Part shown: positions 24,301 to 36,900 of the stretch, in pieces | Layout: every line of letters begins with the position of its first letter | How positions within the stretch are numbered: position 1 is the stretch's first letter | Assembly: GCA_000708835.1 (NCBI GenBank) | Contig: DF237174.1 | Location: forward strand, 62,001 to 126,000 | Length of the DNA: 64,000 nucleotides | Direction: 5' to 3' | From: Klebsormidium nitens | Taxonomy: Eukaryota; Plantae; Klebsormidiophyceae | The notes under the pieces: model-generated | What the model saw: the letters and a program-made list of their open reading frames with translations, nothing else | The model's database searches: none | What the model was told of the DNA's origin: nothing | Program-made: the position numbers and the translations under genes

Positions 24301-25236
24301 CTTGTGGCCGAGGTGGGATATGATCTAGAGTATCCTGCTAGGTGGGGCATAACTTACGTCATTTTGGGACGTCGGGATGGCCAAAGCCTCTGGATTCTTG
24401 ATCCCCATGGTGGCCAGCTCCCGTGTATACACAGTCCTGCGAGCGAGGTTTGGTGTGCTGTTCCAGAGGCTTGCATAGCCGGCTTCCTTCAGGCCCTCTA
24501 TGGCCCCTTTCACAAGCTCCGAGTCTTTCTGCAAGCAACACACCTGTAGGTGGTCAGTAAGGGTGTAGCCTGTACAGGCGGCATTAGCAGGGATTCACAG
24601 ATACACTAGACGGGAAGGACAGGATGAACCGCCTTTCCAGAGGCACCATCGCAGTCTGCTAATCAGAACCCCATTGAGGAGCCCCCAGGTTTCTTCTTTC
24701 TTGTATCAAAACGCGAAGCTGGAAAGGGCCAGAAGACTTGAGTAATGCTTTCCATTGATCGACGAGATTGGTTATGGTCGGCATTCTCAGCTTCGGAGGA
24801 GTGGACCATATAAACAAACGACTTCTTTATCAGCTCTTCAGCGTAGCTGGGAGTGCTAACCCCCTAGACAATGAACTTGTCTGGAATTTGTGCTCACCGT
24901 CTCGATGGCTTCTTTGAGAGAGTTCAGCAGTTGTGTTTTATCCGCGGTCTTGGCCGCGACCCCCTCCTCACCTCCTGCTGCCGCACGCACTTTACTGTCT
25001 GCCCTACCACCGTTGTATGGTTGTCTTGACCTTTTTGATTCCACCTTGTCTGCATTGAGTATGTCTGAGGAAGTGAAGGAGGTAAACTCCCGAAGCAGTG
25101 GTGATCTGAACGTCACTGCATTGAGTCTGCAGCAGACACGTCCCTGCTTAGCGCCGGGCCGAGCTTTGAACTGAGGAGCTAAATCGCACATGGCCAGGCC
25201 CCCACAGTGGGGCAAGCGACAAGCCGCCGACGCCAT
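21389..25236 (-). CDS. Chloroplast membrane protein of the At2g21960/VIR3 (M41-peptidase-like, HEAAH) family
   Basis: Exons 25236-24898, 24528-24358, 24023-23789, 23503-23374, 22258-22102, 21511-21389. Motifs LPGDWGFFVPYLVGGISLAVLAVGS, RERVAKHEAAHFLVAYMLGIPITGYSLDIGREH, VAMAGLAAEGL, QTADLMTLQRLINR, QQNLTRWA closely follow Arabidopsis At2g21960 as I recall it; N-terminus resembles a transit peptide. Confidence 0.9.
22259..22860 (-). repeat. Intronic tandem array (5 extra units, ~80-120 bp) of polypyrimidine tract + acceptor + first ~50 nt of the downstream exon
   Basis: Units translate as decayed versions of LSVVAMAGLAAEGLNF (LSVVAMAGVPAESLNF, VVMAGLAAEDLDF, LSDVAM.., DAGLAPEALDF, VVATAGLAP). 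Confidence 0.9.
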
Positions 25237-25991
25237 TTTTCTGCTCTATTCACTCTTGTTGTCTTTCCACCTCTACACTGGAGACTACAATCAGAACCTC
25301 CTGAGAATGCACACCTGGCGCCACTACAAGACGTGAGAGGACAGATGAATGGGCTCCAGATGTGATCTCTAGTGCAGCTAATGCAGCATTGAAACACCAT
25401 TGGCATGGTCCTGGACGTGCTTGAGCCCCCAGCAGCCACCGTACCCTGCGCGCGCGTATTAAGAAGGCGGCCGCGCGGGGCGCGGGCCGGGCTGCTCAGC
25501 CGTCCGAAGGCCGTCGATGTGCTCAGCTCGATAAGCTATTGTCAGAGGCAAATGTACCAGGTTATTTTTGATTTATACCTAATGCGGATTTGGTGCAAGG
25601 TGCACACGGGGACGTTTTAGAATGATTAAAACGTCGCGATCGCCATCGTCCGGTGACTGGCCGCCGATTAGCGGTATAAGAAGGTGATTTTTAAGCACTT
25701 TTGATCGCCGTAATCTTACGAATTTACGCTAGCAAAGACGCTATGAAATGGGTATTCGGACCAAAGCCCAGGGATCAATGCATGCATCACTCTGATTCAC
25801 ATTGTGATGAGTCCAAACCTTGCCTCCAGGTTGCCTCCTGGCACCAGCAGAATGCTGAGGAGAGCTTAGGAAAGGGGCGCTCACTGCTCAGTCGCCTCGT
25901 TAGCATCTGGGTTCCCGCGACATGCATTGAACTGCAGTCTGGCACAGGAGACCAGTGAGAAAGATAGTTTGAGGAGAGGAGCCTAGTCACG

Positions 25992-28900
25992 ATGGCGACG
26001 ACTTGTGTCGCAACCACTTGCAGACTTGAAACTGGTGGTATGATTTTCCGCCGCATAGATGCCTCAATCCCTTGTGCAGCCAGATTGGCCCCTCAACTTT
26101 TAAACTTGGCAAAAGGATGGCAGCCGTTTGGCTGGATAAAAGTTGGTGAAAAGGGAAGAAAATGGTGGGCGCGTCGCCACCACTCAGTAAAACACCAAAG
26201 AAGAAGAGCAGATCAAGGTACTTGTTTGATACTCCCTGCGATGGCGTCTGTTCAGCATTGCATGATGAAAGGACAGACATGCAAAAGTAGTAAGCGAACA
26301 AGGGACAGCAGAGTCCTGGAAAGTACTGAAGAGACTGCGTTGGGAGGCTATGAGGAGCGAGGTTCAGTGGGGACCACTGATCTGCACCTGAATAGACTGC
26401 CTTTCTCATGGTGGTGGTGGCATACAAATAGGGAAGCTAGCTGGACTAGGGCAGCATTTTCTGCGCTTACTGCCTTTCTGCTCCTTTTGGGAACTTTGGA
26501 GACGCCAGCTTTTGCCGCTGCGGCGGCGGCCGCGCCTGTCCAAAAGGTTCCAGAGTTGATAGTCACGCTTAGAGAAGAAAATCATATTCGCAAAGTATTG
26601 AGCGAGTTGAGTGTTGCTGAGATGCCAGAGGCTGGCTCTCCTGATGTTGGCCAGACCAGCCTCTTCTCTGCGGAAAATGAAGACTTGGCTGCGGACTTGT
26701 TTGAGGTGAGGCCAACATAGAGAGAATAAGCTCCCACGCACAAATATAAGTTGTTGCTGCAATGTTGCCGGGTCCTCCCCCCCCACCTCCTGTGCCCAAA
26801 GGTACCCATGTATAAAAGCCCCTAGTTATCCAAGAGAGCAAGATTCGCCTGTCAAGGATTTGTCTCTGTGAGAGCAAGTTAGACGCCTGGATGTCGGTAT
26901 TTGATGTTGCAGGCTGTGAACAGGCCTCCGTTCTGAAGAGAACATCATGTCCTTATTGCAGAAGCTTTCGCCATCAGTGGTGTCCATCCAGGACTTCAAG
27001 TTGGCCCCTCTCAATCGAAACGGTAGAGGCAATCCACCAGAACCCATTCTTGAAGGCCAGGGATCTGGCTTTGTCTGGGATTCTTACGGACACATTGTAA
27101 GTGTGGCCTACGGAGCCTGTATGAGGAGTTCGATGTTTGATTTTTTTTTGGTCGATTTCATCGCATCTGTAGTCTTTTAGTGCATGTATTGAAGCAAATG
27201 ACGTTCATGTGTATGATAAGTCTGTCTCCTGTGTTCTCTATTGTTGATATCTTTGAAGAAAGGCACTGACAAAAGGTGTCTTCACTGGCAGGTTACTAAC
27301 TACCATGTTGTCGCAAAGCTTGCTACTGATCCCTCAGGACGACAAAGATGCAAGGTAGGCAGACCTCCTTCCTTTCTTCGGCCTCATTGTCTGCTTCTAA
27401 TCTGCTGAAACGACCGTGTGCAGAGGCCTCTTCTGATAGTGAAGACGCTTCCTTTCGAGGAGTAACGTTCCTCCTCTACCGTTTGTCTGGGATCGTCCTT
27501 GACCTCTCAATTTCTGTTGCGACATACACATCTTTTGATAAGCAGAGTAGGTGACAATGAACAGACGGTCAAGTGCTTGTGTCCGCAGGTAACTGTCAAA
27601 GGCCACGGCAAGACTACTACCGTTTATGACGCGACTCTAGTGGGAGCAGACTCAAATCGAGATATTGCTGTCCTGAAGGTCAGTGGCCCTTCAATGCTCA
27701 AGAGCAGGGGCGACTTGAGTTTCTCTCGGTTTCCCTGGTTCACAACTGACACGAGCTTCGATTGTTCGTGATTAGCGGAAGGATTGGCCGTTCTAGAAAC
27801 GTGTTTGTACTTCGGTGTCTTGACGTGTTGACTGTCAATTCAGGTCAACAGCATTGAAGCTGATTGTGGTTGCAGTTCCATCTTTGTTCTCCTTCGAACC
27901 ATCCAGATTCCTGCCACCAAGATAATACATGCTCTGAGGTATCGGTTTTACAGATTGACGCTTCACCCACCGAGCTGCAGCCGCTTCCTATTGGCACGTC
28001 AGCGGATCTGCGCGTGGGACAGTCGTGCTACGCGATTGGGAATCCGTTCGGCTTCGGTCAAACGTTAACAACGGGGGTACGACCTCCTTTCTCGCCCCCT
28101 CGTCTTTCGTCTTTGCATAATACATGCGTCAGCGCTGAATGCTGTAATCTGCCAATCTTTTTCATCTGTTTTCACCCTTCTTAGGGTACCTTGGACCACA
28201 AGGCCTCTTTTTCCACTTCAGGATTGAGAGAAGAAGCGCCGCGTCCCCTCTCTAACACATGGAAAGACTTCGGGATGTTTTTATGATATGCACCAACTTC
28301 TTCCCGCCACTGTGGTAGCTCTGCTTGCGTGCACATCTCGCCAGTTGTTGCTTTCGTGCATATCTCGCCAGGTGTTGCCTTCGATGCGCAAGCACGTCCT
28401 GCGCGGAAGGTTTGGGCGGGTTTCAGGATCGGGCGAGTTGCTTGTCTACGATATAGTTAGTCCGCGGAGGCTGGGCCCAAAGGTTTAGTGGCGACCACAA
28501 CGGGGCCTCGTTCGTGTGCTGGTCGCCCTCGAAGGGAATAGCCATTAATTTGAGAGCCAAGAGGGCCTTCAAAAGTTGGAGATAAGGACCTAGGATCTGA
28601 TTTCTCCTCCGTGCAGGTTGTTAGTGGCCTCGATCGAATGATTCCCTCTCCGAGTGGCAAGCCGATCCCGGGGGCTATTCAAACGGATGCCGCCATCAAC
28701 TCAGGTTAGCTGCGCTCAGCCGTGAGCAAAGGTTGGAGCTTGCTCCGCGAACTTTACGATTTGCGGATCGAGGGCTACCAGTTTTCCATTCAGGCAAACC
28801 ACTTCGATGTCAGAATGAGGAAACTCCAATGCTTGCCATCATTTCACATCAAGTTATTGGCCAGGCGTGTTGCTCGTGTTGCTAACCCTGAGTCTCTGAG

Positions 28901-29510
28901 CTGACGAGCTAGCGTTTGATTGCTCACTTTCAAACAACTCTAGGGCACGGCCTGAGCCCCGCCCTGACTGGTACGGCCAAACCCTCTGTTTGCAGGGAAC
29001 TCGGGCGGACCCCTATTTGACTCCTTTGGGCGCCTGATCGGGGTGAACACCGCAACCTTCACCAGACAAGGTGAGATACTGAGGCGAGAGTAATTTACCG
29101 GGGAGTCCTTCTTGTTCTGGCTCTGTCAAATTGATTTGAGTCGTTTCTCATATTTCCGCGCACCTTAGCCACTCGTGGATCCAAGAAGGGATCTCAAAGC
29201 TGACGTTTTAGCTGTGGTTGTTAAGCGGTAAGTCTCAGAACCTGACCAACTCTCCGTCCGACTCCCAATACAATTGAAAAGAACTTCGAGAGCTGAAATC
29301 GCGCTTGGCTCAACCTCTGCTTTCGGCGCGCTGCTTGTAGAAGCCGCTGTTTCAACCGTTCAAGTTGCCTCATATGTAGTATACCTTCCTGCAGGAAGCG
29401 GGCAGTCGTCTGGCGTGAACTTCGCGATCCCTGTTGATGTGGTGTACCGGATCGTTCCGAGATTAATTGTTTATGGCTCGCTAAATTATGAGAACGGTTT
29501 GAAACCTTGA
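25992..29510 (+). CDS. DEG5: Deg5-type (PDZ-less) DegP/HtrA serine protease, thylakoid lumen
   Basis: Exons 25992-26705, 26962-27096, 27292-27354, 27589-27678, 27954-28076, 28617-28704, 28996-29070, 29395-29510. Catalytic triad motifs VTNYHVV, DIAVLK, TDAAINSGNSGGPL; GSGFVWD; ends IVPRLIVYG with no PDZ domain; hydrophobic lumenal signal ending AFA-A. The true ATG may be downstream of 25992. Confidence 0.92.
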
Positions 29511-30436
29511 GCTTTTCGAGGAGGCACGCCGAGTGTTGCAATGTTGTACGTTAGGAATAGAACCGCTCGGCTTCCCATTGCTGGCGGTTGTATATAGCCG
29601 GTTCAGGGCCGGTTCACTCCAAAATCGTGACATGAGCACTGCAACGAGGCTCGAAGATCATGTGGCTTTGTGAAGCCGTTTCAGTAGCGTGGGTGAGCAC
29701 ATCCAGGGGGCGTTGCACTCATGCATGTGCGGAGACATGATAAGAGTGACGGTTCGAGCTACTAGGATGCATGAATGCCCCATGCAAAGAGTTCTGCAAA
29801 TCACTATAAGCCGCACCATTTGCGCCCATCATTGAGTCAGCTTTCAGCAGCCAGCCTAAGCTCTGTTCGCTTTAATCACATTTGAAACAGATAACAAACT
29901 TAGTGCAGTAGTGCGATGTCGCACAATCGTTGTTGAACGCTGACGGTTATTGAACAGTGTGGGGCTTAATTGCAAATTTACTAATCGCGTACACAAACAA
30001 GGATCGCCTGGCGAACCTACTAAATTACGAACTATATCATTAGCTAGAGTAGTGCAGGATGAGATATGTAATTTGGAGGACAACCTCGTGGCACCGTAGC
30101 ATGGCTGTGCAGTGCGCGGCTGTGCGCCTGCATGCACAGTATACCACAGACCGCAGCAGGCCGGGTTCCGGCCCCAAGGGAGTTCCGCTGGGGTGCCCCG
30201 CCGTGACCTGACCGGAACTCGTCCTGCTCTGCTAGATCCAGATTCTGATGTCAACATTCTACTACTACCTAGTCTGCTGGAAGCAGCAAAAGTTGCATCT
30301 TCTCTCGTGCAGGGCTCCCATTCACGCAGCTTTCTAGGCAAATCCTCTGCGACTCTAGGCAGCTGTTGGACGTTTGAATTTGAGGTAGCTCTGGTGCACC
30401 ATTTCCCCTGCAATTGCGCTGCGGTCTTTTGTTTGC

Positions 30437-32601
30437 ATGGCTGCGTCAAGCACAGCGCGGTGGCAGCCAGGGGATGATCCAAACGCCCGCGACGGCCCTG
30501 GCCGAACGCCGCTGCATCACCTTTGTCAAAAAGAGGTCTTTCATGCTTCAGATGCAGGCACGGTGTCGGCCCTGTTAGCTGCAGGAGCGGACCCAAAGGC
30601 CACCGACGGGTTTGGAAGGGCGCCTTTGGCGTTGATCTGTGCGGAGAGTGGGGACAAAGAGGCGCTGCTGGCATTGCTGGAGGCGGGAGCGGATGTGAAG
30701 CTGCAGGATGACTGGGGCAGGTGATTTTAAAATCAAATATGATGATGCTCGTTGAGTCTGAACAATTGCGAATGAGAATCCTGCTTGCAGACAGGGTGGT
30801 TGTCTGTATATCATTGTCCGAACTTCGCAATGTTGCAAATCTGCCCCTTGCTTTTGGTGAGCATGTCGGGTTCCAGTCGCAGGAGAGAGTTGCAAGACGG
30901 AAGGATGGGGCTCTGATTGATGTATGCGTTCCCTTTGTACTTCATGCTGACCTTGGAACAGCTTCAGCTTGATTGTCCTTGAGGGATGACTCATATGTCC
31001 AATTTTGTTTTCGCGACCAAAGCACAGTTCTACAAGGCAGCGCTGTTTTCAAGCACTGAGCTTACCTTTCCAGACCATTTCTCGAGAACACATGACTGTC
31101 AATCGAGTTGATCCTTGTCGTTTCATGTTCCTGATGCTTAACCAAGGACAATGCTGTGGGCTTGCTTCAAGCATCATTCCGCCATGGAGCTGAATCCTGT
31201 GTAGAACATGCATGTAGGGACGTGGAACACGCTTGTTGGACCTGACAACATTTTGGTCCACCATTTGCAGAACTGCCCTCCATTGGTGTTGCGATCGGGG
31301 CTTTGACGCGCAAGCAGAGATGTTGATGGCGAAGGGGGCAGACGTCAATACCCTCACGAAGGTGAGCTGCTTCCGGTACTTAGAACAGCCCTGGTGATGT
31401 TATAAGGTGCTTGACCGGTACCACTGGGCTGCCAATTTGGAAGCGCTGCTTGCATTGTATGCACTGTTCTTGTTACCAACAAAGAAGCCAACTGAATTGC
31501 CAGGGCTCCTCTTACCCCCAAGTCTCTGCCATCAGTCACCAGGTGGTCTCACTCTCGCTCCATTTGCAGCATATGTATTTGTGGGCCTTCTATTCTGACG
31601 CATTTGTTGTGTTCTTGCAGCATGGGGACAGTCCGCTGCTTTGGGCTGCAAAAGCAGGCCACTTGAAACTAGTAGAGATTCTGTTGGCGGCAGGTCAGTG
31701 CTTGAAACCCTGTGTTGGTCCTATATCTTGGCCCTGATATGATGCCCACGCGTGTACTGACTGGGCGTTTGCATGTGTTGATTATATACTGTGATACGAA
31801 ACACTCTTCTTTCGTTGATTCCTTTGCGTGTTTGCGACCGAAAGTACTTGGAAACATGAGGTCAAGCTTTCAATGCAATTCTGTGTTGAATTGTTCGCCA
31901 AATGTTCGCTTTGTAAGCAGGCGTCCGGTTTTCCGTGACAAGTGTTGTGGCCTTCCGAATTGTCAGGGGTCGACTCTGTAAACTCTGCAGGGGCTGACGT
32001 GTCTTTACGAAATAACCGGGACGAGAGTGCGGCGGACGTAGCGAGCAACGACCTCATAAAAGTACTCATCCAATGTAAGTAGTACAGCTATTGGCCTTGG
32101 CGATTTCACGTTGGTTCCATGTGGCTGTTTTTCCAGCAGAGATTTGATTCGACTTTTTCGTTCAATGGCGTAACAACTCCTTTTCTTGACGTTTTGCACT
32201 AGGGGCAACTTGTTCTGTTACGAAGGCGATTCAGCCAGTTTTATCATAGAAGGGCGATTCGAGATGCTCGACTTGCTTGCCATTGGCTGAATTCATCAAG
32301 ATGCTGACTACGCTGGCACTCATATGCTTCAACCCTGTCTTTGTGTGCAGCCAAGCTCCCAACCCCCAGCGATTCGGAGCCGTCCCCATCGCCCTCGTCC
32401 TCAAGTAAACGTCCCGACTTACCCTCCCCCCTTCCCATTCGGGCCCCAGGGTTTGGGGGCTTAGGATCTGGTGCCTCAGGAATGGAGCAGGGTGAAAGCT
32501 CGGGGACAGCTGGCGCAGCGGCGTTTTCAGAGTATCCGAAGAAGGCCGCAGCGGCGGGGGGCCCGGGGAAGAAGATGAAGATCTCGCTGAAGAAGCGGTG
32601 A
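30437..32601 (+). CDS. Ankyrin-repeat protein (4-5 repeats) with Ser/Pro-rich basic tail
   Basis: Exons 30437-30720, 31271-31361, 31621-31693, 31991-32074, 32351-32601 join in frame: GRTPLHHLC..LLAAGADP, GRAPLALIC..LLEAGADV, GRTALHWCC..LMAKGADVN, GDSPLLWAAKAGH..LLAAGADV; C-terminus KKMKISLKKR resembles an NLS. Confidence 0.85.
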
Positions 32602-33965
32602 CGCTCGTGGGGCGGTGCGACGTCCACTGAGCGCATCGCAGTGCTATGAACATAGTCTCAATAGCTGGTCAAGCAAGGTGCCACCTCCCGTTGTTGCAGT
32701 TGAGGCCTTCGACTGTTTAAGGTTCGTGAGCCCAGCCCAAGTTTTTCCCGCACTAATACTCGTTGGTTGGAGAGTCCAGACTAAATGAGATGACAAGGTC
32801 AGTGTTGGTTGTTGCATTATTTCGCCCAAGCTCAAAAATTCTCATGTTAGCCGATGGCGCAATCGCACGCAATCGCACACGCAGAATTGAAAAGTTAAGC
32901 CTTCAATCTGGCGTTGCGGATATGGTACGTGTTCTTCCGGCGGGCCTCTCCTTGAGCGTTTTGGAGAGTGATCGACATGAATGTCATGCATAGCAGTTAC
33001 CGTCGTTCAATGCATCATTGGTCCGAGTGTGGCGGCACATGTCAGAGTGTCAATTTGCGTGGCCCAGTGACAATCGGCCTATAGCTGCACATGGCCGCTA
33101 TACTGTCGATCACAGCCAGCAGCTGCCCCGCGGCGGCATGCACAACAACCAGGCATGGCGGCTGCATGGCGGGCTCATCATGATGATACTACGCGCACTG
33201 ATAATATCTGCACTTTGGAACGTGATTCAATTGACGGGGCGTGCTACAGAAGGTTCGATCCAAGTTTCCGCCCAAATTCGTGGCTGGTATACGCGCATGT
33301 GAAGTTGTCAATGTCCTATATATGCACGCCCGACTCGTCCGGCCATCATGGCATGTGATATGCATGCAGCCAATTATTGTCGTCATGCGCCAATAATCGT
33401 AACGCGCTGCACTGTATCATGCATTGGATCGACATGCGGACCCGCTGTAAGAAATCACCTACAGTGTTTCTTGTGCGTCTTCTGATCAAGCACCCAGAAT
33501 CAATCAGTGCCACATGAAACTCCTTCGAGCTTTTCCAGCGCAGGCTAGCATACAAGCAAGTGTACAAGCTCTGCAAATATTAGGCAACACATGTTGCTCG
33601 ACCTAGGATCGTACATCGCAGGGCTGGAGCGTAGCTGTCAGTGCGTACATTCGGAGCGCGTTGCATAAGGCCAACTAAGCATGCTCTGTTGTAAACTAGA
33701 ATCTGAAAAGGGCGTAAAAGCGCTGGTCAATAAACATGATCCTGGAACCGCATGATTAGTTGCTGGTTGTGAAGAAGCCTTGAACGGCTTGTTACGCATG
33801 ATTGCGTCCTGCAAGATCCATATCAGAAACAAGTAAGATGTAAAGTCGCGCCTCAACGTGGCCTGCACAGAATGCTTTGAGGTCCGAAAGAACAACCTTC
33901 TGTGACCGGAGACGTTTTCGAAATCGTTTTACAATGTCGGAAAGCATTGTAGATATTTTTCGCTG

Positions 33966-36900
33966 TTATTCGTCTGCCGACCGTCCCCAAAGATAATTTT
34001 CGGTTGCCTTTTCTCTCTTCATTAACGACCCCCTTGTGGTTGTCACTCCTCCTCCTTCTTGACCTTCACCTGACGGGAACCGAGGAACACAGTCTTGCGT
34101 TCTCTTGACAAGCAGAGTGCGCACCATACATTACTTTTTGTCTCGCACCCACCTGTCGGCCCTTGTAGCAGTTGCACGCTCATTCACCCTCGGCCCCGGC
34201 GCCCCTCCATGCTCGACTCGAACGCCGGCCCTTTTCCTTGTCCACTTTCGCCTCCTTCCCTTCCCGCCGTTGATCCCCAAGATCCGAAGGCTGAGAATCC
34301 TTCCAATCATCCCCGCTCAAATCCGGCCCCTCAAACCGCGCCTGCTTGCTCAACATATCCACCGACTCGACGACGAACTTAAGCCCCGCCACTAGTTCGA
34401 TGAGGAGAGACGAGAACTTCACCAGCGACATGGCCCCGATCCGCTCCAGAGTTCCGTCCCAGTTCCGCCCAAGGCTGTCCCGCCGCAGGAAGAACTCCCG
34501 CTGCCAAGCCGCCTGCGCGTTCGGAGACTCGTCCCCCGGGCGCTTCGGCAAACCCGGGCGGTCGTCCTCGGACAAACTTCCGTCCTCCGGTAACACTCCC
34601 GCGGTCTCCGACGTACCGTTATCGCTGCCGTTTTCAACTCCTGGCCCATCCCCGGCCGCCCCGGGTGGTTCAACCGGGCGATAACGGTGCCGCTCCGTCC
34701 GCTCCTCGACCGCTTGGTACTGCAACCCGGGCGCGAGCTTCCAGAACTCGTCCACCGAGGGCGTTCTCGCGCGCTCCATCAGCAGCCGGTGTGCGTTGTC
34801 GTGCAGGCGCATCTGGAGGAGCAGTGCGGACACCTCGGCCTGCTGCAGGATGTCCGATATGGCGAACGTCCGGAATTCGTTGAGGCTCTGGTGCAGAATG
34901 CGCAGGACTTTGCCCACCTGCAAAAAGAGACCACCGATTTTGAGATGTTGTTGGGCTGAAGTTGTGCGGATTCGCGGTCAGCAGAACTGCCGCTTCAACA
35001 TTCTGGGAATATCAGCTTGCGAGCCTGGTTTATGATGCAAGGGTTGACGGGTTTAATGTTCTGTGGGTTTGCAGTATTTGCGGGCGTTTGATGGCAGTCG
35101 AGAATTGCTTTGAGCCGAGTAAGGATCGGAGTGTGAGCACTGAAGAGTCGAGCAAGTATAGGTCTGGCAGTTGCGGTGCTCTGTATGACAGGAAGTTTTT
35201 CTGAACACGGATGCTTGCCTCCAACCGCAACCAGTTTTCCCGAGAAGCTCGCAAGCAGATTGGTCTGCCGTTCTCCGTTTTGAGACTCTATTAAGAAACA
35301 CGGCCAACCAGGCTCGAAAGACTAGGTGCATACCATAGCCTTCTACATCCGACAACTTTTCGATTGTCGAAGCCCATGAAAGTCAGAAAACTTGGAACCG
35401 GCACAATTGCGAGCCCTCACCTCGTGCTCTCATCTCGTAGAGACGTCACCGAATATCGGATGCCCTATCTTCCAACTTTGAAAGTGCACAGTGGAGAAAA
35501 GGGCAATATTTCCAAGCCCCTCACCATCGGGGGAAAGCCCGCGGAACATCGACTATAAGCCCCTAACGTTGCGCGGGAGGCTCGCGCACTCTCTTATCGA
35601 AAGTCTGTGAAGGGCCAGATGGTAAGCGCGCTCAGCTCGCGCCCACACTCACGCATATCACTGACCCAGAAATGTTGCGCATCGTGAGCGTGAGGTCGGC
35701 CGTGCAAGTAATAGGGGCTCGCGTGCGCAATAGTACGGCCGAGCTCACGCCTTCACACGAAGATGTCGCGCAGCACCAGATTAGAAGCCCCTCACCTCGT
35801 GCCCGAGCTCGCGCAATCTGTTGACCCCAAAAGCGTCGCGCAGAGCCAAACGTGAGACGCGCCCAAGCTCGCGCGCTTCGTTGGCTCAAAACCGTCGTGC
35901 AGCAGCTGACTAACAGGCCCTCTCACCTCTTGCCCGAGCTCGCACACCTGATGTCGCGCAGCATCAAAGTCTCAATGCCATCACCTCTTACGCCAAGCTC
36001 GCGCAATCTGTCGACCCCGATAACGTCGCGCAGCACTAGATAGTAAGCTTCCTCACCTCCTGCCCGAGCTCGCGCACCTCGTTGGCGAAGATGTGGCGCA
36101 GCACCAGATAGCAACCCACCGTATCTTACGGCCACGCTCGCGCATTTCACTAACAGAATTGCCGCGCAGAAGAAGCTGGAAAGCCCCCTCACCTCTTGCC
36201 CGACCTCGCGCATCCTGTTGGCGAAGATGTCGCACAGTTCTTACGAAACTCCCAATTCCACCACCTCTAGAGGCCAAGCTCGCGCACATCACTAGCAAAA
36301 CGTCGTGGGAAGAATCAGTCCATAAGTTTGCTCACCTCTTGCCCGAGCTCGCGCATCTCGTTGGCGAAGATGTCACGCAGCACCTGCGGCGCCTGGATTT
36401 CGGCGCGCAGGCAGCCGTCGAGCGCGATGATGGTGTACACCGTGTAGCGCAAATTGTCCGTGATGTCGCCGTATAGGCCCCACGGGTAGCCGCGGAAGAA
36501 GCGGCCGTGGCACGGCTCCCAGGAAACGAAGTTCATCTGCGGGGGAGGAAAACTGGACTTTGAACTTTTTCGTGGGTTCGTTTGCACAGGGTTGCTGGCC
36601 GACTTTTGAGAGGATGTCACCGAAGCTAGCCGTTGAGCCTTTCCATTGCAGGGGGCCTAGTCACCCGCCCGACGAGCAAATGCCCCTTCAAGAAGGAGCG
36701 GCCGTGGCATGGCTCCCACGACACGAAGTTCATCTGGGGGGCAGATAATCGGAGGTTTGGTTTTCGTACGTGTCGTTGCACGGGGTTGCTGCCCCCACAA
36801 TAAGGGTAGGGGTCGGAGTCTTGATTGCAGCTGGTCAGGTGGCCCCTGGGAAGGACTCGAAGTTCGTTCGGAAAGAAGGGGCCATAGCAGGTCTCCCAGA

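Noticed and set aside
29856-30830. 324-aa minus-strand ORF and other long ORFs antisense to GC-rich exons (e.g. 3073-3852, 9355-10146, 22223-22996)
   Set aside because: Shadow ORFs overlapping real genes or repeats, with no protein-like motifs.
35735-36335. CRISPR-like array interpretation of the intronic repeats (also 22259-22860 and 44800-45172)
   Set aside because: Units are diverged whole-unit copies of adjacent exon sequence, not identical repeats with unique spacers; the context is eukaryotic with no cas genes.
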